This document shows, piece by piece, positions 57,835 to 64,000 of a DNA stretch of 64,000 nucleotides. Origin of the DNA: Candidatus Hydrogenedentota bacterium (lineage in GTDB: Bacteria > Hydrogenedentota > Hydrogenedentia > Hydrogenedentales > SLHB01); assembly GCA_045863335.1 (NCBI GenBank), contig BTVY01000020.1, positions 1 to 64,000 on the forward strand, read 5' to 3'. The position numbers and the translations under genes were made by a program. The stretch's first letter is position 1. Each line of letters opens with the position of its first letter. The notes under the pieces are model-generated. The model had not been told where the DNA came from. It did not search any database and saw only the letters and a program-made list of their open reading frames with translations.

Positions 57835-57989
57835 TACTGTCTACACGAAAATATTCCCGTTGTTGAGGAGAGCTGTATTAAGCCTACCATCCCGGACTAC
57901 GCGCCGCTACCCTCCGTGCTATACTGCCTCGCGCGCGCTTCCCTGCGGAGTTGGAAGCGCGGCAATGGGGCGCAACCGGGGAAGTATCC

Positions 57990-59306
57990 ATGTATAAGAT
58001 AACGACCACGTCCATACAACGACCACGCCACGATAGCAATAGGATGGTTCGCGCGGGCATCGCGATGATTCCACTCCTGGTCATGCTCGCCCTCTTGGCC
58101 ATGCCGGCATCAGCACAATCCGGCCGTGCACGGATCTCCCCCTCCCTGGTAACGCTCGCGCCCAGGGCCGAGCAGCCGTTCAAAGTTATCCTGATGGCCC
58201 AGCGGCTGAACGGCGCCCGCCTGGCCGATGAAGTCCGCTGGTCCGTGAACAACATCGCGGGCGGCAACGAAGAACTTGGCACCATCACCGCCGAAGGAAT
58301 CTACACCGCGCCGGCCGTCGCACCGGCGATACGCGAAATTCACATCTGCGCCGAAGCGCCGGAAGCGGCTAACCGCTACCTCTTTGCAACGGTGCTTATG
58401 GAAAGGGAAGGTCCCGCCTACGAATTCGTCAACACCTGGGGCGAGACGAAAGCCGAGGCCAAGTACTTCAACGATCCTCACTGTATCGTGGTCGATAGCG
58501 AAGGCAACCTGGTCATCGCCGACTACGGCGGCGACCGTGTGCTCCGCTTCACCCCCGAAGGCGAATACCTCGGCGACGTCGGCCTCGGACCGGGCGAAGG
58601 GCCGGGCCAGACCAAGAAGCCCCGTGTGGTGGCCGTCGACGCCGCGGGCCGCATCTTTGTCACGGACGAGAAGAGCGACAAGCCGCGCGTGCAGGTCTTC
58701 GACCCGAGCGGCCAGTTCATCCAGATCTTCGCGCCCAAGGGCACGCGTCCCGGCGACATTCTCCGCGCTCACGGCATGGATTTCGACAGCAGTCAACGAC
58801 TCTTCATCACCGACGTGGACAACATGCGGATCTCGGTCTTCAGCAGTTCCGGCGATTTTCTCTACACCTTCGGAAAGGACGGCGATGAAGTCTACGACTT
58901 CAACGCGCCCCACGGCCTCGTCGTGGATCCGGCCGGCGAAGTCTTTGTCACGGGATACTACGGCCCCTGCAAGAAGTTCACGCCGGAAGGCCGCTACATC
59001 TTCTCCTTCGCCCACGGCAACCCACCCGACGGCCACGTCTACGTCCACAGCATGGCCGACGACCAATGGGGCAACGTCTACCTCATGGTCCGCGGCCAGC
59101 GCGGCTACGGCGGCGCCATGCAGGACAACGAAGGCAACACTATCAGCATCATGAAATACAACAACAACGGCGACTACATCACCGGCATCAGCCTCGCCGT
59201 CTCCGAACACAAAGAGAACTGGGCCACCGTCGACAAGAACGGCAAAGTCTACGCCCTCTTCGAATCCGACGACCGCTTCGGCGTACAAATCTACGAGCCG
59301 CGATAG
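57990..59306 (+). CDS. Secreted NHL-repeat beta-propeller protein with N-terminal Ig-like domain
   Basis: Hydrophobic signal, WSVN...GTITAEGIYTAP Ig-like motif and repeated F..P..I.VD..G.L.I.D....RV..F NHL units. Start uncertain (57990 or 58044). TG-C-TATACT at 57917-57925 upstream. Confidence 0.85.
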   Translation: MYKITTTSIQRPRHDSNRMVRAGIAMIPLLVMLALLAMPASAQSGRARISPSLVTLAPRAEQPFKVILMAQRLNGARLADEVRWSVNNIAGGNEELGTITAEGIYTAPAVAPAIREIHICAEAPEAANRYLFATVLMEREGPAYEFVNTWGETKAEAKYFNDPHCIVVDSEGNLVIADYGGDRVLRFTPEGEYLGDVGLGPGEGPGQTKKPRVVAVDAAGRIFVTDEKSDKPRVQVFDPSGQFIQIFAPKGTRPGDILRAHGMDFDSSQRLFITDVDNMRISVFSSSGDFLYTFGKDGDEVYDFNAPHGLVVDPAGEVFVTGYYGPCKKFTPEGRYIFSFAHGNPPDGHVYVHSMADDQWGNVYLMVRGQRGYGGAMQDNEGNTISIMKYNNNGDYITGISLAVSEHKENWATVDKNGKVYALFESDDRFGVQIYEPR

Positions 59307-59432
59307 ACGGAGCCGTCCTCATGCAAGCGCGAGACAAACACCAAGCAAAGTCGACGCTATGGACTGCGAGGGCTCGCCCTCGCCATAACGGCGCGATCCC
59401 GTATGAAAGCCAAACACCCATAATCAACCCAG

Positions 59433-59560
59433 ACCGTCATCCCCGCGAAGGCGGGGACCCATCTTCACCCATAGCCATCCACCAACGAGGAACCATCATG
59501 GTTCAAACAGTTTCGTCCTCTCCCAAACCGTCATCCCCGCGAAAGCGGGGACCCATCTTC
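59433..59560. repeat. Two direct copies of a 34-bp palindromic repeat (GTCATCCCCGCGAA(A/G)GCGGGGACCCA type)
   Basis: Copies at 59433-59466 and 59527-59560 differ at one base and are separated by a 60-bp spacer. Confidence 0.85.
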
Positions 59561-59580
59561 TCTCAAGGGATCGAAGCATC

Positions 59581-60963
59581 ATGCCGACCAAATCCCTCAA
59601 TGACCTGATCGCTGAGATCCTCGATCGCGGCGAACCCATAGACTACGAGTCCCTGCTCTCGTGGCCCAAACCGCCAGCCACATCGGATTCCTACGAGTCC
59701 GCACGGTCTGCGCTGGAAGCCTTCGATTCCGCCCAAAAGGAATGGGAGTCGACAGACGATGCTAACCGCACAAACGCCACAGAAAAACCAGCGCCAACCG
59801 TTGATACTGATAGATTCCCACGTTGGTTCTGGTCGCTAAAACCCGATCGGATTTCACGTGGACTTCCTGGAGTCCCATTCATTGATAACGAGCTGGATTT
59901 GGCGCACGAACTAAGCCCCGGCGACTGGTGTCTCGCCGAAACTTACGTGAAGCACTTCGCCGAACCGATTGAACGCTGTGTCACCGTGCAGTCACCAGTC
60001 GATTGGCGACATGGTATTCGGCCGAAATGCTTCTCCGACGATGTGTCGATGTTTTACCAATCGTATTACGTCGTGAAGCTGCTTAGCCTTTCGGCGATAT
60101 TTCACAGCCTCAATCGAACAAACACCGGCTGGACTACATATCTAACAAGTGCCGCCCACATCGGTAGTGCTTCAGCGAGCATCCATTTGTTGATGGGTCA
60201 CGCAATACACGTAGGCTGTGCTCGACGACTCTTGGATACGGTCGCGTACATCCTGAATCGCGTACCCGTGTCGCCTGAGGCATTGACTCGACTTTTGTCA
60301 GTGCTCGAATACTTTGATGACGAAGACGTGCTTAAGAATGCATTTGTCGGCGAACGAGTCTTTGCGCTCGCCGATTTTCGTACACACGTTTCAGAAGGCC
60401 AACAAGCCGACAATTGGTGGCTCTGGTTGGACGAGCGCAAACAGATCGAACTCCATTACTATTTGGAGAATATGGCCGAACTAGTTGCGATTGCGCGACT
60501 GCCGCTACAAGAGCGATTCTCAATATGGTTGGATTACATTCAACGATCCATGAGACGGCCAAAGTCCAAGGAATTGCACAAGGCAATCAACGAGGCCGCG
60601 AAATCTGCGCTACCACTCAATCTCAACACACTGACGCGGCTTCGGCTTATGAAAGTTGCGCTGCGCGCGATCAAAGACGGGCCCCGGTCACTCGCCAATG
60701 AAGGTTTTCTTCCTCAAGATCCATTCGATCCCGACGGAGCGCCTCTACGGTTCCGCCATTGCGGAGATCAATTCTTTGCGTATAGCGTCGGCGTCAACCA
60801 GGCCGACGATGGCGGCTCAACGGAGCAGCTCGATGAGTACGGCCCACTTTGGGGGCTGGTTCAACATCGATTCCTGACGAAAGACATACTTATCGCAGGC
60901 ACACCGAGAAACAACGGAACCGTTTCAATCGAGTGGCCGTGGGATGTCGCGATAGAGCAATAA
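59581..60963 (+). CDS. Hypothetical protein with a pseudopilin-like C-terminal motif
   Basis: 460-aa ORF with N-terminal I..RGEP..YESL and C-terminal LPQDPFDPDGAPLRF...YSVGVNQADDGG. Codon usage is visibly less GC3-biased than in neighbouring genes. Confidence 0.65.
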   Translation: MPTKSLNDLIAEILDRGEPIDYESLLSWPKPPATSDSYESARSALEAFDSAQKEWESTDDANRTNATEKPAPTVDTDRFPRWFWSLKPDRISRGLPGVPFIDNELDLAHELSPGDWCLAETYVKHFAEPIERCVTVQSPVDWRHGIRPKCFSDDVSMFYQSYYVVKLLSLSAIFHSLNRTNTGWTTYLTSAAHIGSASASIHLLMGHAIHVGCARRLLDTVAYILNRVPVSPEALTRLLSVLEYFDDEDVLKNAFVGERVFALADFRTHVSEGQQADNWWLWLDERKQIELHYYLENMAELVAIARLPLQERFSIWLDYIQRSMRRPKSKELHKAINEAAKSALPLNLNTLTRLRLMKVALRAIKDGPRSLANEGFLPQDPFDPDGAPLRFRHCGDQFFAYSVGVNQADDGGSTEQLDEYGPLWGLVQHRFLTKDILIAGTPRNNGTVSIEWPWDVAIEQ

Positions 60964-60983
60964 CAGGAGACTTCGTGCAAGTG

Positions 60984-61063
60984 GTCCTTCTGAACGCGTC
61001 GAAAGACCTCTAAACGGTTCTTGCGCAGGCCCTGATAAGATCCATCGCTGCGCTCTGGATGAC
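60984..61063. repeat. Degenerate inverted pair of the GTCATCCTGAGCGCAGCGAAGGATCT-type repeat
   Basis: AGATCCATCGCTGCGCTCTGGATGAC (61038-61063) with a decayed partner GTCCTTCTGAACGCGTCGAAAGACCT (60984-61009). Confidence 0.5.
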
Positions 61064-61105
61064 GTTAGGGCATTCTGTCGACGTAACGGAAACGGAGGTT
61101 GAGAG

Positions 61106-62506
61106 ATGTTGAAGAGTTGTTTAGCCGGAATTCTGGCGATTATCCTGCTCCCGCTCGCCGCCCACGCCCAACACATCAAAGTCGAGAAAACCACCATTCC
61201 CTTCTTCTCCATCGATGAAACCATCACCGCCGACCTCTTCCCCATTAATTTCCTGCTTGGCGACAGCAACTACCATTCCATGGTATCCGCGTCCGACGGC
61301 AACCTCTATTTCAGCGTGGACACCCATAACATCGAGTACGCCTGCCGCATCTACAAGTTCGATCCGCGCACGGAGGAGATGACGCTGGTCGCGAAGATGG
61401 ACGAAGTCCTCGGCGAAGACACGGCGACCCACGTCGCGCAGGGCAAGATCCACACGCCCTTCTTCGAGGACGAAGGCAAGCTGTGGTTCGGCACCCACAT
61501 CTCCTTCTATGAAGGTGACCTGCCTGGGTTCAAATCGGAAGTCCGCATCCCCTACCAGGGAGGCCACTTCATGTCGTATGACCTGAAGACCGGCGCCTTT
61601 GAAGACCTGGCGAAGACCTTCCCCGGCGAAGGCATCATCACCACCGCCATGGACACGGAGCGCGACGTGCTCTACGGATTGACCTGGCCGTCGGGCATTC
61701 TCGTTTCCTACGATCGCGCGGAGGGTCATCCACGTTTCTGGGGCGCGGTGCAAGACCGCGGCGAATGGGGGCAACGTCCCCACGAATGGGATCGCATCTG
61801 CCGCACCCTCGGCATTGCGCCCGACGGCAAGGTCTACGGGTCCACCATGGACGGCCGTATCTGGGAGTACGACCCCACCGCCACGCGCCGCGTGACGTAT
61901 ATCGACGGACTCGACCTGAAACGCCTGCCGCTATCGCAGTCCGCCGAGGAAACACTTAAAGGCGAGTTCCAGTACAACTGGCGCGTCGTTGAGTGGAATC
62001 CCAAGACGGAGAGCTTCTGGGGCATCCAGTGGGAGACGACCACGCTCTTCGAGTTCCAGCCGGCCACCCGCTACCTGCGTACCGTGGCCGAACTGCGCCA
62101 CGACGCGTACAAAGGCATGCCGCGCAACCCCGAGATCAGCCAGCTCGGGTTCTTGCTAGGGCCGCAAGACACCATTTTCTATCTCGCGAACGGTCCCGCG
62201 GTCGCCATGGAAAACCACCCCGATGTGCAATCGACGGTGTATCTCTTCACCTTCGACACGGAATCGGAGCAGATGACCAATCATGGACCGCTGATCTCCG
62301 CCGACGGCCGGCGCGTCTTTTTCACGGAAAGCCTCTGCATCGGCGCGGACGATCGCCTGTATTCCGTGGCCTGGGTGGAAGTCACCGATCCTGCGCGCCG
62401 CGAAGAAATCGGACAGGCCCGAAAGACCGGCCCCGTGGAAACGGAAAAGATGGTCTACGAAGTCATGCTCGTGCGCTTGCCGAAATGGCGGAAGTTCGTT
62501 GATTAG
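61106..62506 (+). CDS. Secreted hypothetical beta-propeller protein
   Basis: GGAGG RBS, signal peptide and repeated blade-like motifs (ASDGNLYF, YKFDP, QGKIHT, APDGKVYG, GADDRLY). Confidence 0.7.
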   Translation: MLKSCLAGILAIILLPLAAHAQHIKVEKTTIPFFSIDETITADLFPINFLLGDSNYHSMVSASDGNLYFSVDTHNIEYACRIYKFDPRTEEMTLVAKMDEVLGEDTATHVAQGKIHTPFFEDEGKLWFGTHISFYEGDLPGFKSEVRIPYQGGHFMSYDLKTGAFEDLAKTFPGEGIITTAMDTERDVLYGLTWPSGILVSYDRAEGHPRFWGAVQDRGEWGQRPHEWDRICRTLGIAPDGKVYGSTMDGRIWEYDPTATRRVTYIDGLDLKRLPLSQSAEETLKGEFQYNWRVVEWNPKTESFWGIQWETTTLFEFQPATRYLRTVAELRHDAYKGMPRNPEISQLGFLLGPQDTIFYLANGPAVAMENHPDVQSTVYLFTFDTESEQMTNHGPLISADGRRVFFTESLCIGADDRLYSVAWVEVTDPARREEIGQARKTGPVETEKMVYEVMLVRLPKWRKFVD

Positions 62507-62562
62507 CGATAAACCACCCGCGCATTTGGAGACGTCCTTCAACATAACGGCGTAACGATAGC

Positions 62563-62725
62563 AAGAACATCCCCCTCGCCCCCTTCAAAGGGGGAATGTT
62601 CGCAACGCGTAGCGTTGCGCTTGTTTGGCCAATTGACATGACGTCAACGCGTGCGACGCCGTGTTGTAAAGAACGTTGCGTCGCGCAATTCCCTCTTTGA
62701 AGGGGGATTCAAGGGGGATGTTCTT
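62563..62725. repeat. About 160-bp MITE/REPIN-like element, copy 2
   Basis: AAGAACATCCCCCTCGCCCCCTTCAAAGGGGGAAT ... AATTCCCTCTTTGAAGGGGGATTCAAGGGGGATGTTCTT, with internal CGCAACGCGTAGCGTTGCG. Same family as 48066-48225. Confidence 0.85.
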
Positions 62726-62774
62726 CCGTTTCGCTGGACAAACGGCGTACTACAGTTCTTACCTCGGCGTGCGT

Positions 62775-63998
62775 TCACTCCGTAGCGAGTCGCAAGTACT
62801 CCGCATAAAGCGAGGCCATGTCAGGTTCGTCTTCACCGGTCGCGCGGAAGATGTACACGCCAAACCCAAGTCGCAACGCCTCGCCCGCTTCAACCCGGGT
62901 CTGGTCCGATTCAACACCCGCGTTATCCGGTCCCGTCATCGCCTTTCGTCCAAACGGATTCGCCACGATCAACCCGTAGTCCCGCGAATGAAACCACGAC
63001 GGCCGAAAATTGCCGGGGTCGGTCATGACGCACATCCCCGTCCACGCGCCGCCGATACGAGCGAATCCCGCGCACCAATCCGCACTTTTGCCCCAGGTAC
63101 CTGCTTCGTTCCGGCCGTCTTCGCTATTCATGAGGACACCGCCGCCATGACGCACGCTGATCGGCGTCGCCACACGCACGCCAAATCCCATCTCTTCCTG
63201 ATCGCCGAACGCAAACGCTCCGCTCGCTGGCATGAACGTAGACTGCGCGGTGAGCAAATACCCCAGCGGCGTCACGTGAAACGCGTACTCACAACGCTCT
63301 TCGCACACGACATCCCCGTCGTTCGACTCATACACATTCCGCACGGCGAAGCGCCCAACTCCATTGTCACTATCCGGCCCTTCAAGAAACTCCACATGGC
63401 GCACCCGCGCGCGGTTGCGCCAGAAGTCCTGCCCACTGATATCGCCGAAGGCCAGCCAAACGCCGGGATGGAACTCCGGGTGATCGTCATTGTCCGCATC
63501 CGCCACCAGGTCCGGCGGATGGTTGCGCGTAACCTGCATGCCATTCGGCGCGACGACATTGCAGAAGTACGGCCGCGGGATCGCCTCGTCCTGCCAGACG
63601 TAGGTCGCCACGCGCGCGCCGTCCACCAGGATCTCCATGCGTCCCTCGTGCATGGCAAACGACACTGTGTCCGGCCCTGCCGAAGCATAGCGCGCCACCC
63701 ACTCAGCGGTGCGCTCCAGGTAATACTCCGGCTCACGCGGCGCGTAATCGAGGTACGTGTATGTCGGAGTCGTCTTGGGAACGGCCGGTTCAATCTGCGT
63801 GCCCTCGTGCCATTCGTTAAACGAAGTAATCGATACGTACGGCGGATCGACGGCCAGCGCCGCCTCCCACATGCGATCGTAATACGCGCCCTCTTCACGA
63901 TCCCGCTGGTTGACCGTGTTCCAGGGCCGAATCCGCGTGTCGTCGTATCCTGGCGCGACGCTCGGGACAAACAGAAGCTGGTGTTCGTCGGCAAAGGC
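62775..63998 (-). CDS. GH99-like endo-alpha-mannosidase domain fused to a DUF6807/PmoA-like domain (5' end outside the window)
   Basis: The frame is open to the window edge: LFVPSVAPGYDDTRIRPWN...YYDRMW, then SITSFNEWHEGTQIEPA (GH99 ExxE). C-terminal RPYF...DHPEFHPGVW...DFW and WFHSRDYGLIVANPFG. Confidence 0.78.
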   Translation of the reverse strand, partial: AFADEHQLLFVPSVAPGYDDTRIRPWNTVNQRDREEGAYYDRMWEAALAVDPPYVSITSFNEWHEGTQIEPAVPKTTPTYTYLDYAPREPEYYLERTAEWVARYASAGPDTVSFAMHEGRMEILVDGARVATYVWQDEAIPRPYFCNVVAPNGMQVTRNHPPDLVADADNDDHPEFHPGVWLAFGDISGQDFWRNRARVRHVEFLEGPDSDNGVGRFAVRNVYESNDGDVVCEERCEYAFHVTPLGYLLTAQSTFMPASGAFAFGDQEEMGFGVRVATPISVRHGGGVLMNSEDGRNEAGTWGKSADWCAGFARIGGAWTGMCVMTDPGNFRPSWFHSRDYGLIVANPFGRKAMTGPDNAGVESDQTRVEAGEALRLGFGVYIFRATGEDEPDMASLYAEYLRLATE

Positions 63999-64000
63999 CT

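Noticed and set aside
59433-59560. Two 34-bp direct repeats as a mini-CRISPR
   Set aside because: There are only two copies, the 60-bp spacer is too long, there are no cas genes or leader, and the sequence fits a common intergenic palindromic repeat type.

Overview
This is a high-GC (roughly 60-65% by eye) chromosomal window from a diderm bacterium, as shown by bamD and lptE. The gene content (PVC-type haem-c dehydrogenase, DUF1080, ceramidase-like, DUF4838, RhaT) suggests a PVC-like or Ca. Hydrogenedentota organism; this is an inference. Positions 1-360 hold a probable IS end and a decayed Phd/YefM antitoxin. From 0.4 to 29 kb the genes are mostly housekeeping: an Nramp-like transporter, LysR, a class V aminotransferase, MFS, bamD-lptE-holA, a PP2C phosphatase, an expanded nfeD/floA operon, xpb-addB-addA, glgX and a PspC-domain protein. 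From 29 to 64 kb is a long carbohydrate-catabolism region of mostly secreted, poorly characterised enzymes, with at least six different REP/MITE-like palindromic families in its intergenic gaps. The best candidates for something new are: (i) a FloA-N/NfeD-OB chimeric gene inside a six-gene flotillin operon; (ii) a DegT-Gfo-isomerase-RhaT operon, possibly for amino-sugar catabolism, divergent from two small Cys-motif V4R-like paralogues; (iii) a toxin-antitoxin relic whose toxin start appears fused to a hydrolase gene. I saw no rRNA, tRNA or CRISPR array. All family calls come from recognising motifs by eye, not from database searches.
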